A stretch of DNA of 63,849 nucleotides, filler included, from Saprolegnia diclina VS20 (GCF_000281045.1; 8 parts of 3 records of this genome joined end to end with filler, not necessarily neighbours in it), one strand, 5' to 3'. Counted from the whole stretch's first letter, positions 39,284 to 51,943 are shown. Numbers and translations are program-made. Notes: generated by a model not told the origin, from the letters alone.

Positions 39284-40613
39284 TCGAACGCTTTTTGGAA
39301 AATGAACTGAAAACCGCAGCGATAACGGTCTTGTCACGCTTGCCCAGTTACAGTGTACGGCGCAGTTCCGACCTTGGAGCTACGGCGCCTCCACCAGTCG
39401 TCGCCAGTACTTGGGCGCGCTTTCCAGATGCGTTCGGTGTTGAGAGGCAGGAACCCTGTTTTTAGCAGCAGTTCAAGCTCCCGGATTGGCCGCTTTTTGC
39501 GCTCAGCTGCTCAACTGCAAGCAGATCTGCAAAGATGCGAATGTCATGCGCCAATGTCTCTAGTGATGGCACTGCGTCACTGACAACTGATACCATTGTA
39601 GTCACGGGGCGCCCCCCGTCTGCCCCCGTATTTGAGGGCGGGGGTGTTCAAGCCTAATGCCGCATCGACGCCACAACGGAGGATGGGCCGCGACTCACGA
39701 CAACTACCGTGCAACGAGGCCATTGAGTCTGTCGTGCGAGAGAACACCGCGCAATGTGAAATCTCCCTTTCACGCGTCATCGCTGTGACGTGGGTGCGAC
39801 AGATCCCACCGCATTGGAATCCCAGTTCTCTGCCTACGGGGTCGAGATCTGGTCGCCGAGGGACTCGGCATGTGTCGACGACGAATCTGTGTCCCCACGC
39901 TGCACCCATACTTGACACGCTAACGAGTGGCGCATGCAACAGCTTGGGTCCTCGCACCTGCGGTTACGCTCAGAGTCACCCTCTGGGCTTGGGACGTGAG
40001 CAACTTGCAGCTTGCTGTGCCCCCTTGCGCACATTACGCATTGAGGAGGTTTTTCCTTCATGCACTTGAAATCTCTACCACAGCCTCAAATGCTACCCCG
40101 AGCCGGGATCCTTTGCGACTCGGTAGAGTAGCTTGCGCTCGATGCACTCTCAAGCTGAGAGTGCATCGAACGCAGACCGACTGGTCGTTGCGAGTCTCAA
40201 CGACTAGTCGGTCGCTGAAAGGGCACGGTCGCGTTGTCAAATGTGTGCGGTTCACAGCTGCAATGACTGGATAACCTCCCTTTCCGACCAAGTTATATGC
40301 AAGTGGCAGTAGCTACACGGCACGGGGGTCTTGATCGAGAGTACGTCTGGGGTAAGCCGGAGGGTCGCTAGCAGAGGTTACTGCTCTGCCACCAACACGA
40401 CGATTTGTTCTAGAGGCTGGAAGCGTACGTCTTTGCTTCCCACGCGGCTATCGTCGCATCGCTTCCATCGAAACCTGCGCAACAATTTAGAGTCACCCAA
40501 CATCGAATATCCACAATACAATGGCGGTATAGCATCATATCGATGCCACCAGCAACAAATTAGTGCTCCAAACGAATTGCACTCTTCGAATCGCGAATGA
40601 TTGCTTTTCACAA

Positions 40614-42197
40614 TCAAGCTAGCTGCGCCTGCTTGGCCAGCTGCGCAAACTCACCTTCTTCGTTCGCGAGCAATTCGCTCGGGGGGCCGTACTCGGCCAC
40701 ACGACCGTCGGCCATCACCAGAATCTGGTCGCTGTCCAGAATCGTGTCCAGACGGTGCGCAATCACGAGCAAGGTCACGTCCTGACNNNNNNNNNNNNNN
40801 NNNNNNNNNNNNNNNNNNNNNNNNNNNNNNNNNNNNNNNNNNNNNNNNNNNNNNNNNNNNNNNNNNNNNNNNNNNNNNNNNNNNNNGTCTTCTTCCGAGG
40901 ACGACCAGGCAAAGTCGCCGTCCGTGATCTCGACCACGGGAATATGCTGCGCGTGCACTGCTTGGTCCCGCGCCTCGAGACCGGCGAGGTGGAGAAATTT
41001 GCCGATGCGGTCGCACGACGTCTTGGCTTCTTGAACAAACAAGATTGCGTTGGAGAAGGTCATGCACGGCAGCCGCGCGACGTTCATATAGGCGAGGAGC
41101 GTGAACGCTCTCGATGGCGTAAGCGTGTAGCCCTGCGCCACATAGACGAGGAGGCAGAGCGCCAGCGACAGAATCGGCGCGATCGTGAGCGCAATCGTGT
41201 TGAAGAGGCGGCGGCTCTGGTACGTCTGCAGCCACCGAAGCTCGCTCAAGCGAATGCGATCGATAGCCGCTTCCATGTCCATCTCCCAGGCGTACATCTT
41301 GACGACACGGACGCCCTGGAGGAGCTCGTTTGTGAGCTTGACGCGCTCGGCTTGCACTTGCAGGAGCTCGTTGCGCGCGACGCCAACGTACTTGGCCGAG
41401 ACGTGGCCCAGGTACAACATGAGAAACATGGTGCTGCCGCCGACGACACCGACGACGACGCCCATCTCAAACCCGATGAGAACGTAGAGCGCAAAGAGCG
41501 AAACGGGCGCCGCCACCACCCACGTGCCAAGCATGAAGCCCTGGAAGAGCCGCTCCGAGTCGACGGCCGCGAGCGTCACGACATCACCGGACGAGACGAG
41601 GTGGCGCGATGGCAGCGTGAGGCTCTTTTGGTACACGACGTCCATGACGATGGCTTTGGCGTGGCACCCCATCATGGACGTGACGTACTGGCCAAAGTCG
41701 ATGATGGTGACCGAGAGAAACGAGAGGCCTGTGAGCAGCCCCGCGAGGCCGTAGCCGGACGAGATGCCAATCACAGTCGAGAGCGGGCCGGTCGCCGGGT
41801 CGTGCGCTAAGAACTGCAATAGCGAGTGGATGACCGCGGGTTGCGCGAGCATCGGGATCGCATACACGTTGTAGATGAAAAGCGATGCGTAGATCTCGCG
41901 GCGCAGCGTGGCCCAGATGACCTTGTGGAACTCGGGCTTGTCGCCGGCCGCGGCCCACGCGGCGGTGAAGCGGCGGTTGAGCGCGGCGGCCGTGTCGGCG
42001 TCGCGCACCGGCCAAATGTCCGCCTCGGCCAACGGCGAGATGGCGCCGCGGCGAATGAGGCCATCAAGCCACGCCATGAGAAAGATCGAAACGTAGCTTG
42101 AAGTGGCGAGCGGGTGCTGGACCGGCGTCGGCTTGGCTTCCTTGGCCACCGTGGGCGACCGGACCTCGCTGAATGTCGCGTCGTCTCTCGTGTTCAT
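40614..42197 (-). CDS. ABCC/MRP transporter; TMD1 and C-terminal tail present, middle missing in gap 40787-40886
   Basis: [21 protein letters not shown] (TMD1) and [14 protein letters not shown] (end of NBD2). Confidence 0.88.
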   Translation of the reverse strand: MNTRDDATFSEVRSPTVAKEAKPTPVQHPLATSSYVSIFLMAWLDGLIRRGAISPLAEADIWPVRDADTAAALNRRFTAAWAAAGDKPEFHKVIWATLRREIYASLFIYNVYAIPMLAQPAVIHSLLQFLAHDPATGPLSTVIGISSGYGLAGLLTGLSFLSVTIIDFGQYVTSMMGCHAKAIVMDVVYQKSLTLPSRHLVSSGDVVTLAAVDSERLFQGFMLGTWVVAAPVSLFALYVLIGFEMGVVVGVVGGSTMFLMLYLGHVSAKYVGVARNELLQVQAERVKLTNELLQGVRVVKMYAWEMDMEAAIDRIRLSELRWLQTYQSRRLFNTIALTIAPILSLALCLLVYVAQGYTLTPSRAFTLLAYMNVARLPCMTFSNAILFVQEAKTSCDRIGKFLHLAGLEARDQAVHAQHIPVVEITDGDFAWSSSEEDXXXXXXXXXXXXXXXXXXXXXXXXXXXXXXXXXXQDVTLLVIAHRLDTILDSDQILVMADGRVAEYGPPSELLANEEGEFAQLAKQAQLA

Positions 42198-43168
42198 TCG
42201 AACGCTTTTTGGAAAATGAACTGAAAACCGCAGCGATAACGGTCTTGTCACGCTTGCCCAGTTACAGTGTACGGCGCAGTTCCGACCTTGGAGCTACGGC
42301 GCCTCCACCAGTCGTCGCCAGTACTTGGGCGCGCTTTCCAGATGCGTTCGGTGTTGAGAGGCAGGAACCCTGTTTTTAGCAGCAGTTCAAGCTCCCGGAT
42401 TGGCCGCTTTTTGCGCTCAGCTGCTCAACTGCAAGCAGATCTGCAAAGATGCGAATGTCATGCGCCAATGTCTCTAGTGATGGCACTGCGTCACTGACAA
42501 CTGATACCATTGTAGTCACGGGGCGCCCCCCGTCTGCCCCCGTATTTGAGGGCGGGGGTGTTCAAGCCTAATGCCGCATCGACGCCACAACGGAGGATGG
42601 GCCGCGACTCACGACAACTACCGTGCAACGAGGCCATTGAGTCTGTCGTGCGAGAGAACACCGCGCAATGTGAAATCTCCCTTTCACGCGTCATCGCTGT
42701 GACGTGGGTGCGACAGATCCCACCGCATTGGAATCCCAGTTCTCTGCCTACGGGGTCGAGATCTGGTCGCCGAGGGACTCGGCATGTGTCGACGACGAAT
42801 CTGTGTCCCCACGCTGCACCCATACTTGACACGCTAACGAGTGGCGCATGCAACAGCTTGGGTCCTCGCACCTGCGGTTACGCTCAGAGTCACCCTCTGG
42901 GCTTGGGACGTGAGCAACTTGCAGCTTGCTGTGCCCCCTTGCGCACATTACGCATTGAGGAGGTTTTTCCTTCATGCACTTGAAATCTCTACCACAGCCT
43001 CAAATGCTACCCCGAGCCGGGATCCTTTGCGACTCGGTAGAGTAGCTTGCGCTCGATGCACTCTCAAGNNNNNNNNNNNNNNNNNNNNNNNNNNNNNNNN
43101 NNNNNNNNNNNNTTAATTAATTAANNNNNNNNNNNNNNNNNNNNNNNNNNNNNNNNNNNNNNNNNNNN

Positions 43169-44791
43169 CAAGACACCTGGTGCGGCCTCGGGCCTCGTGG
43201 AAGACGAAGAGCGAGCAGCGGGCGGTGTCTCGTCCACGACGTACCTGGCGTATCTCGGCTGCTCTGGCTGGAGCAGCAGCGCCACGGTTCTTGCGATCGC
43301 GATCCTCTTTGGCTCGACGCAAGGGCTCGTGACATTGGGCGACTGGTTCATGGGCTACTGGTCGACGCACGACGGACACCTCTCGCAGCTGTGCTTTGCC
43401 AGCCTCTTTGTCGCGATGGCGTTTGCCTCGCTCGGTATCATCTGGGGGCGCAGTCTCTTCTTGCTCGTGCTTTCGCTTCGGAGCTCCAAGACGTTGCACG
43501 CGTCGCTGCTCACCAAGGTCCTCTCGGCGCCCGTCAACACGTTCTTTGACGTGACGCCCATCGGGCGTATTCTCAACCGGTTCTCGAGCGACTTGGACCA
43601 AGTCGACTCGCAGCTGCCGCTCTTTGCGCTCTTCCTCCTCCAAACGCTGGCGCAGGTCCTCGCAGTTGTCGTCGTCTGCGCTGCCTCGCTGCCGTTCATT
43701 CTCCTCGTCTACCTCCCGATCGCTGCCATCTTCTTCTGGATCCAGCGACTCTACGTCACGCCGTCGTGCGACCTCAAGCGCATGGATGCCACGACGCGGT
43801 CGCCGGTTCTCAACGTCCTCTCTGAGACGATCAATGGTCTCTCGACGATCCGCGCCTTCCGCATGAGCAGCGAGTTTGCCGCCAAAAGCCGCGCTGTGAT
43901 TGCCGACAACAACCGCTTCTTCTTTGCGTATCGCATGCTGGCGCGCTGGCTTGCCATGCGTCTTGACTGGGTCTCATGCCTGGTGGTCGCCGCTGTCGCC
44001 TTTTTGCTCATCGCGTGCAAGGACGCAGTGGGCCCCGTCGCCGCCGGGTTGGCACTGACGTATGCGTCGCAAATGACATCGGGGCTCTCGGCGCTCACTG
44101 GTGTCTACGCTCTTGTGGACAATATCATGACGTCCGTCGAGCGCCTCGAAGAGTACAACAGCCTCGAGACTGAAGGTGACACCAAGCTCGTCACGGCAAC
44201 CGTCGACGCATCGTGGCCTGTGAAAGGCGTCGTCACCTTTGACCACTATGCGATGCGGTACCGCGACCACCTCGACCTCGTCCTCAAGGACGTGTCGTTC
44301 ACCGTGCCGGCCGGCGCCAAGGTCGGCATCTGCGGCCGCACCGGCTCGGGCAAGAGCTCGCTCATGGTCGCGCTCTTCCGCATGGTCGAGGCCGCCACTG
44401 GTCGCATCCTCATCGACGGCGTCGACCTCGCCTCCATCGACTTGCACACGATGCGGTCGCGGCTCACGATCATCCCGCAAGACCCGGTGCTCTTCTCTGG
44501 CTCATTGCGCTTCAACTTGGATCCGTCGAGTCGCTCGAGTGACGACGAGCTCTGGAGCGTGCTCAAACAAGTGCACTTGGGCGACGTCATCTCAACGCTC
44601 GAGTTTGAGGTCGCGGAGAAGGGCGGCAATCTCTCGGTGGGCCAGCGACAGCTGCTCTGCATCGCGCGCGCCTTGTTGCGCAAGAGCCGCGTCGTCTTGC
44701 TGGACGAAGCTACCGCCAGCATCGACTTGGCGTCGGACCGGCTCATCCAAGAGACCATCAAGGAGTGCTTTGGTCAGGACGTGACCTTGCT
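43169..44791 (+). CDS. ABCC/MRP transporter fragment (TMD2 + NBD2), bounded by gaps
   Basis: FFDVTPIGRILNRFS, GRTGSGKSS, LSVGQRQL and LLDEATA motifs. Confidence 0.9.
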
Positions 44792-45452
44792 NNNNNNNNN
44801 NNNNNNNNNNNNNNNNNNNNNNNNNNNNNNNNNNNTTAATTAATTAANNNNNNNNNNNNNNNNNNNNNNNNNNNNNNNNNNNNNNNNNNNNGTATTTGGT
44901 AGTGCAACATAGATCACATAGCTATCTTCGATCGCATCTTTCGACTTGGTGCCATCGTCTTGCCATGCTCCAAAGTACAAAAGTGCGTTTTGCGCAAAAT
45001 CACCGTTGGCTTCTAGCACTGCACTCTCAGCCGCGTAGTCGTACTGTATCGACCGACGCCAATTAGCGCACTGATTTGGAGGGTACCATCGTAGTATGTA
45101 TATGGATGTCTGGTTGCAGGGATAGGGTCTCAGTGATGAAATGCCGCTCAGATTGCCGCTTTCTTGGTTCTCGGTGACGACAGGTTTGGACTTGATACGT
45201 CCATTTAAAAAAGGAGTATAGCAATAATCGTTCGCTCTTCATCGATTGAACTCAAGAGTGATCTCCTACGGGTAGCAGCGAGTCCCATTCGGTCTGTCTC
45301 GAGTTTCGCAACACCATCGTGCTTCGCCCAAAAAACAAACAAAAATGTAGTCTTTGTGCTCAATCATGTCCTTGTCATCGCCATTATGACGTCTACCTCC
45401 ACTGTTAACTACACGAGGTGAACGCTCGTACTATCAGATTCTTGTGTTGGTC

Positions 45453-46796
45453 TTACAAGAGCGAGTGGATCAGCCAAACGGTCATGAGGATCGTGACGAA
45501 GACCTTGAGCACAAACGTGCGCGAGTGCTTTCGGCTCTCGGCGCTCGGCTGAATCGCCGCATGTAGCGCTGCCGCACTGATTCGGCCCGTCTTTTTGGTC
45601 TCGGCCGCCGCCAAGAGCAGTTTCTTCATCTGCGTCAACGTCGGAACGTCAACCTTGGTCTTGGTCGCGAGTTCAAACACGTCTTCGTACTCGTACGGGA
45701 CCTCCGTCAAGAGACCGCCCGCCACATCCGTCTACAGCGACGCATTACACCACATATTCGACCTCATCGAACGTACCGTCAGAAGTGGATGGCCGTCGTC
45801 AATCACCGAGACGCCAAAGTCCACGAGCCGCAACACAAGGTGGTTGAAGATCGCGTTCGGCAGTGGAAGGAGCGACAGCAGCAGCGGGATTGGGAGCACG
45901 CAGTTGCCGCTGTGGTCGAGCTGCCAGTTCTTATCCTTGGCGACGCTGTCGAGGACCTTGGTCATCTCGTGCATGAGATCGGCGTAGATGAGCCGGCACT
46001 TGCGGTCGCGGAGCGCGTCGAGCACCGAGAGGCCCGTGAGCGCACAGACCATGTACACCGAGTTGATGATGGCGTTGGACCAGTGAATCGCTGCGAAAAC
46101 AAACAAAAATGAGGAACCCCGAGGGCCGAGGGGCGTACCTCGGAGGTTGCGCCGGCTAATGACTTGGAGCGCGCAGCTCTCGATGATGCTGAGGCAGAAG
46201 AGCGCGTTTTCCTTCTCCTTCCTACATAGCATTAGGATGCATGAGTGAATGGAATGCGATATGGAGTCGTACGGAAGCCGCTCCATGAAGAGGGCGCCGT
46301 TGGAGAGAGGCATGAGCACGCCCTTGTCATCGACGACGACGTCAAAGCAGGCGCCGCCCTGGAGGAACGTCTTGTCGGCAAAGAACGCTTTCTCGAGCCC
46401 GTCCTTGCGCTTGAGCGAGGCCTCGAGATGCACGATCACCTGCTTCGTCTTGGAGCCCTTGATGGTCGCGGCCACAATCTTGGCGACAGCGTCGAGTTCG
46501 ATGAGGTCGACGCAGAGGAAGATAGCGTCGCAGTTGGCGAGGATCGATGCGTCCGACGTGAAGGCTACGTCCTTGGAGGCCAAGACGGCGCCGTCGCGCC
46601 GCAGCACCTCGTACGGGGTGCTGGGCACAGTGCCCTTGATGGAGACGAGCGAGACCTTCTCGCACCACCCGCCCATGGTCATGCAGGCGCTGAGGTAGCG
46701 CGCAAGGTTCTGCCGGCGGAGCGAGATGACGCTGTCGCCGTTGCAGACGACGGCCACGCGCGCCCGGCGGGACTCAGCCTTGGTCTGCTTCGCCAT
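45453..46796 (-). CDS. Ketopantoate-reductase (PanE/ApbA)-like protein with C-terminal TM helix, divergent
   Basis: ILANCDAIFLCVD, W..AIIN...ALTG, LMHE, RSM and TEV patterns fit the PanE N- and C-terminal domains. It ends in the hydrophobic tail VFVTILMTVWLIHSLL. Confidence 0.55.
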
Positions 46797-48151
46797 CGAT
46801 GGCTCAAAAACAATTCTCAATTGAGCTCCACGTCACACATCCGGATACGCCCACAATCGCCCACGTTTCCGGACAATCCGGACAGTGATTGTAGCAGCCA
46901 GCAACAAGAAGCGAGGCGTCTCATCCAGCGCATCAAGAGCAGCTATACTAGCAGTAGATGCATATACTAACATCAACGACTCGACTATTATGTGCTTGTT
47001 GTGCTTGTGGTGATTTTTGTTCTAGTCGAAAAGACCATTTACTAGGATACAAATCGATCCAATTGCTTGGCCCTTCTTCTTCATCAAGTGCTTCTCTCCT
47101 TTCCGAGTACTACAGTGTAGTACTAACTAGATTCCCAGACTAAATGCTCATTTGTCTCTTACGATGAAGGTGGAGAGCTCTTGCCATGTCATGCGCGTGG
47201 CGCCAACGGCAGTTGCTTGCTTGAGGTATGTACTCCTGCGATAAACAAGCATGCGGGGCAATTCCCACAAATTCCTGCATCTCGAAATCGTCCGACTCCA
47301 TATTGCGGTAGTTAAGGACAACGTTGTAGTTATGAAGCTCGCTGAAATGCATTTTAGCGTGTTTGGGGTACTAGTATGCAGTAACTGCGAGAACCAGTTT
47401 CAAATGGCAGTTGTAACCGACCACTAGCCCCTCTCACCACAGGAGAGGAGAATCACCAAAACGTCTTACTTCTCTCAGGACGCCAAGGGCCACTACAATG
47501 GATGTGGGCTGTCTGGGTTATAAGGGGTCGTTTCGTCTCTAGCCTGGAGGACTCACAGTGGAGAACATACGGTGGAAAGCTACGGTGGAAGGCGGCAGAG
47601 TTCTGCTATGTTCAACGTTCAACGAGCAGGCAGAGTGGCTTCAAGTGTACTAGTATCCTTACAAGCTTGGTCGAGGCTCAAATACCCCAGGACCCACTGC
47701 GCATACCAGAACGCCCCGTAACGAGGGTTCTGGCGGCTCTGTCCAAAGAGACGAAGTTATGAGCGGTTGAAAGCACCCACCGCTCAGCAGTCGGAGCTGT
47801 CGATCGTCCGTTTCCTTTTGCAGAAGAGCGTGAAGTCGTCGAGAAGCCGTTTCAGGCGTCGGAGCCAAGCCACATGTTCGACAAGCTGGCGTCGTCGACT
47901 GGTCCTGGTAGAATATCGGGACCTGCAGTCCATCGTAGGCGCACGTGGAGTCCTTAGTAGATCGTACGACACACAACACGCCTTGTGCTAGAGTCTTGGC
48001 ACGAGCCGATGCCACGTCGGATCGCTTGGCGCCGCGACTGGCCGCCATTGGGTGATGGATCGGCTGTTCCGAGGATGCAAGTGCAATTTGGACCCAGATG
48101 GTTCACGAAGCCCAAGTGCCAGTCACAGATTTGCTGCATCGACATCACGTC

Positions 48152-51100
48152 ATGGGTCTCGACGACGCGTATGTCGAAGCAACGACGCCAAAGCAGACCG
48201 ACGTGGTGGACGTCCAAGAGGTTGAGAAGCACCCAATGGAGACAGCGAGCTGGGTCTCGATCGTCCTCATCTCGTGGATGGATGCGCTCATTCGGAAAGG
48301 CGCGCGTTCGCCGCTCAAAGAAGCCGACATTTGGCCCGTTCGGTACGCCGACTCGGCGGAAGGTCTCCATGTGCTTCTTCAATCCGAGTGGGCAAAAGAG
48401 CTCACAAAGCCCAAGCCGGCGTTCCACAAGGCGCTCTGGCGGTCCATGGCGCGCGACACCATCTGGACGATTGCGCTCTACTTTCTCTATTCGTTCTTGA
48501 TGCTGCTGCAGCCGATTGTGATCAAGTCGCTTTTGCAGTACATCCAAGGCAAGCCCACGTCGCTCGGCCTCGAGTCCGGGTACGGCCTCGCAGCACTGCT
48601 CACTATCCTCTCGTTCGTCTCGGTGACGGTCATCGACTTTGGCCAGTACCTCTCGTCCAACCTCGGCTGCAACGCCAAGACGATCATCATGGACGTCGTC
48701 TACCGCAAGAGCCTCAAGCTCTCGGGCTTTGCGAAGCGGAAAATGTCGTCGGGTGAAATTGTCACCTTGTCCAGCGTCGACTCGGAGCGCGTCTTCCAAG
48801 GCTACCTCCTCGGCGCGTGGACGTGGGCCTCGCCCGTCGCCGTCCTCGCCATCTTTCTCATGATCGGCTTGGAAATGGGCTATCTCGTCGGCCTCGTTGG
48901 CGGACTCTTTATGTACGGCATGCTTGCTCTCGGGTACTTCTCGGCCAAGACCGTCGGCGACACACGCCGCGCGCTCCTCACGGTGCAGTCCGAGCGCGTC
49001 AAGCTCACAAACGAACTCCTCCAAGGCGTCCGCGTCGTCAAGATGTACGGCTGGGAGGCACACCTCGAGGCCGAGATTGCCAGAGTCCGCGGCCAAGAGC
49101 TCGTGCTTTTAAAGCAATACCACGGTCGCCGTATCTTCAACACAATTGCGCTCAACATTGCACCGGTCATTTGCCTTGCGCTTTGCCTTCTCACGTACGT
49201 CGCCCAAGGCAACGCGCTCACTGTTGACATCGCCTTTGCGGTCCTCGCCTACATGAACGTCGCGCGGCTTCCGGCCATGACCTTTTCGAACGCGATCCTC
49301 TTCATCCAGGAAGCCAAGGCGTCGTGTGATCGCATCGGTGCCTTCCTTTTGAGCGACGAAGTCGAAGGCGCGACGTTGGAGCCGCCGACGGGCGATGCGT
49401 GCGGCGAGGTGCCCGAGGTGGCCATCACGGACGGTGATTTTACGTGGCACGGAAGCCCGTCCACCGACGCCGACCCGTCGCTGCCGTTGACGCTGCGCAA
49501 CATCCACCTCCACCTCGCCCCTGCCTCGCTCACCATCGTCGTCGGCGCCGTCGGCAGCGGCAAGTCCAGCCTCGTCTCCGCTCTCCTCGGCGAGATCCAC
49601 AAAGTGCGCGGCACCCGCCACGTCACCGGCAACGTCGCCTACGTCAGCCAAGAGCCCTGGATCCAACACGACACGCTGCGCAACAACATCCTCTTTGCCG
49701 ACGCCTTTGACGACACCAAGTACAACGCAGTGCTCTCGGCCTGCCAGCTCACGTCCGACTTGCGCATGCTGCCGGACGGCGACCGCACCGAGATTGGCGA
49801 GCGCGGCATCAACTTGAGTGGCGGCCAGAAGGCGCGCGTAAGTCTCGCCCGGGCCATGTACCGGACCGAGGCGGACATCTACTTGCTGGACGACCCGCTG
49901 AGCGCGCTGGACGTGCACGTGGCGGGCGCCGTGTTTCGGGACTGCGTGCAAGGTCTCTTGGCGAGCAAGACGACGTTGTTGGTGCTCAACAGTCACTACC
50001 ATCTGCTGCCGCACGCAGACCGTATCGTGGTTATGGTGGACGGTGCGATCGCGGCGGACGGGCCGTTTGACGCGGTGAAGGCGCAGTTTCCGGACCTCCA
50101 GAGCTTTGCCGAGCATGCCAAGACAGAAGACGAGGTCGCACCGGTCAAGTCTGTGGCAGCAAAGGCGGAGGCGGCGGCAACCGACGGCGCGCTCGTGGCC
50201 AAGGAGGCGCGGCAGATCGGAGCCGTCTCGAGCTCGACGTACGCCACGTACATTGGGTCGAGTGGCTGCAACTCGCTCTTTGTGTTTGCGACCATTTTCT
50301 TGTCCTTTGGTTCGGCCCAAGCGTCGCTCGCGATCCTCGACTGGTTCATGGGCTACTGGTCCACGCACACTTCGCTCCAGGGCGAGCTCTCGTCGGCGTG
50401 GATTTACTCTGGTATCGCCGCTGTCTCGATTGGCCTTGTCTGGGGCCGCAGCGTCTACGTGCTCTTCATTGTGCTGCTCTGCTCCAAGTCACTGCACCAG
50501 CGGCTCTTCACCAAGGTGCTCAGCGCGCCCGTCAACACCTTCTTCGACTTGACGCCGGTTGGTCGTATTCTCAACCGGTTTTCGAGCGATTTGGACCAAG
50601 TCGACTCGCAGCTGCCGTTCTTTGGGATCCTCTTTCTCCAGTTTTTGTTTCAGATTCTCGCCGTCGCGGTCGTGTGTGCTGCCACGTCACCGTTCATTCT
50701 GATTCTGTACCTCCCGCTCTTTTACCTCTTTTACAAGATCCAAGTCTACTACAACGTCTCGTCCGGGGACCTCAAGCGCATGGACTCGACGACGCGGTCG
50801 CCGGTCGTCAACTTGATCTCCGAGACGATCAACGGCCTCTCGACGATCCGCGCCTTCCGCATGAGCAGCGTCTTTGCCGCCAAGAGCCGGGCTGCCTTAG
50901 ACTACAACCAGCGCTTCTTTCTCATCTACCGCGTTGCCACCCGCTGGCTGCAAATGCGCCTCGATTGGCTCTCGGCGGCCATCATCGCCGGCGTCGCCTT
51001 CTTGTCGATTGCGACCAAGGCGTCCGTGGGTCTCGCTGCGGCTGGTTTGGCGCTGACGTATGCGTCGCAGATGTCGTCCTTCCTCTCGCGCACGACCATG

Positions 51101-51943
51101 CTCTTCTCGTTCATTGACAACATCATGACGTCCGTCGAGCGCCTCGAAGAGTACAACAGCCTCGAGACCGAAGGTGACACCAAGCTCGTCACGGCAACCG
51201 TCGACGCGTCGTGGCCTATGAAAGGCGTCGTCACCTTTGACCACTATGCGATGCGGTACCGCGACCACCTCGACCTCGTCCTCAAGGACGTGTCGTTCAC
51301 CGTGCCGGCCGGCGCCAAGGTCGGCATCTGCGGCCGCACCGGCTCGGGCAAGAGCTCGCTCATGGTCGCGCTCTTCCGCATGGTCGAGGCCGCCTCTGGT
51401 CGCATCCTCATCGACGGCGTCGACCTCGCCTCCATCGACTTGCACACGATGCGGTCGCGGCTCACGATCATCCCGCAAGACCCGGTGCTCTTCTCTGGCT
51501 CCTTGCGCTTCAACTTGGATCCGTCGAATCGCTCGAGTGACGACGAGCTCTGGAGCGTGCTCAAGCAAGTGCACTTGGGCGACGTCATCTCAACGCTTGA
51601 GTTTGAGGTCGCGGAGAAGGGCGGCAATCTCTCGGTGGGCCAGCGACAGCTGCTCTGCATCGCGCGCGCCTTGTTGCGCAAGAGCCGCGTCGTCTTGCTG
51701 GACGAGGCCACGGCCAGCATCGACTTGGCGTCGGACCGGCTCATCCAAGAGACCATCAAGGAGTGCTTTGGTCAGGACGTGACCTTGCTCGTGATTGCGC
51801 ACCGTCTGGACACGATTCTGGACAGCGACCAGATTCTGGTGATGGCCGACGGTCGCGTGGCCGAGTACGGCCCCCCAAGCGAACTCCTCGCCAACGAAGC
51901 GAGTGCGTTTGCGCAGCTGGCCAAGCAGGCGCGATTAGGCTAA
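48152..51943 (+). CDS. Full-length intronless ABCC/MRP transporter (TMD1-NBD1-TMD2-NBD2)
   Basis: 1281-aa ORF with GAVGSGKSS, LSGGQKAR, LLDDPLSALD, GRTGSGKSS, LSVGQRQ and IAHRL. The likely start is M19 (48152). Confidence 0.96.
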   Translation: MGLDDAYVEATTPKQTDVVDVQEVEKHPMETASWVSIVLISWMDALIRKGARSPLKEADIWPVRYADSAEGLHVLLQSEWAKELTKPKPAFHKALWRSMARDTIWTIALYFLYSFLMLLQPIVIKSLLQYIQGKPTSLGLESGYGLAALLTILSFVSVTVIDFGQYLSSNLGCNAKTIIMDVVYRKSLKLSGFAKRKMSSGEIVTLSSVDSERVFQGYLLGAWTWASPVAVLAIFLMIGLEMGYLVGLVGGLFMYGMLALGYFSAKTVGDTRRALLTVQSERVKLTNELLQGVRVVKMYGWEAHLEAEIARVRGQELVLLKQYHGRRIFNTIALNIAPVICLALCLLTYVAQGNALTVDIAFAVLAYMNVARLPAMTFSNAILFIQEAKASCDRIGAFLLSDEVEGATLEPPTGDACGEVPEVAITDGDFTWHGSPSTDADPSLPLTLRNIHLHLAPASLTIVVGAVGSGKSSLVSALLGEIHKVRGTRHVTGNVAYVSQEPWIQHDTLRNNILFADAFDDTKYNAVLSACQLTSDLRMLPDGDRTEIGERGINLSGGQKARVSLARAMYRTEADIYLLDDPLSALDVHVAGAVFRDCVQGLLASKTTLLVLNSHYHLLPHADRIVVMVDGAIAADGPFDAVKAQFPDLQSFAEHAKTEDEVAPVKSVAAKAEAAATDGALVAKEARQIGAVSSSTYATYIGSSGCNSLFVFATIFLSFGSAQASLAILDWFMGYWSTHTSLQGELSSAWIYSGIAAVSIGLVWGRSVYVLFIVLLCSKSLHQRLFTKVLSAPVNTFFDLTPVGRILNRFSSDLDQVDSQLPFFGILFLQFLFQILAVAVVCAATSPFILILYLPLFYLFYKIQVYYNVSSGDLKRMDSTTRSPVVNLISETINGLSTIRAFRMSSVFAAKSRAALDYNQRFFLIYRVATRWLQMRLDWLSAAIIAGVAFLSIATKASVGLAAAGLALTYASQMSSFLSRTTMLFSFIDNIMTSVERLEEYNSLETEGDTKLVTATVDASWPMKGVVTFDHYAMRYRDHLDLVLKDVSFTVPAGAKVGICGRTGSGKSSLMVALFRMVEAASGRILIDGVDLASIDLHTMRSRLTIIPQDPVLFSGSLRFNLDPSNRSSDDELWSVLKQVHLGDVISTLEFEVAEKGGNLSVGQRQLLCIARALLRKSRVVLLDEATASIDLASDRLIQETIKECFGQDVTLLVIAHRLDTILDSDQILVMADGRVAEYGPPSELLANEASAFAQLAKQARLG

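Larger units (their letters stand above)
38637..43068. repeat. Direct duplication of about 1.5 kb: 38637-40154 = 41551-43068 (offset 2914)
   Basis: Identical ORF sets in both copies, and the outer ends of both copies abut gaps. Confidence 0.9.

Noticed and set aside
39300..40600. Non-coding region upstream of the ABCC copy as a possible mobile element or ncRNA
   Set aside because: No terminal repeats or RNA-family signature were seen, and its repetition is explained by the 1.5-kb duplication.
44892..45210. Open minus-strand frame (QYDYAAES..YVALPN) running into the gap
   Set aside because: Too short and without a recognisable motif to call a gene.
46960..48090. AT-richer interval upstream of the full ABCC gene as a possible transposon remnant
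   Set aside because: No TIR, LTR, TSD or transposase/RT motif was found by eye.
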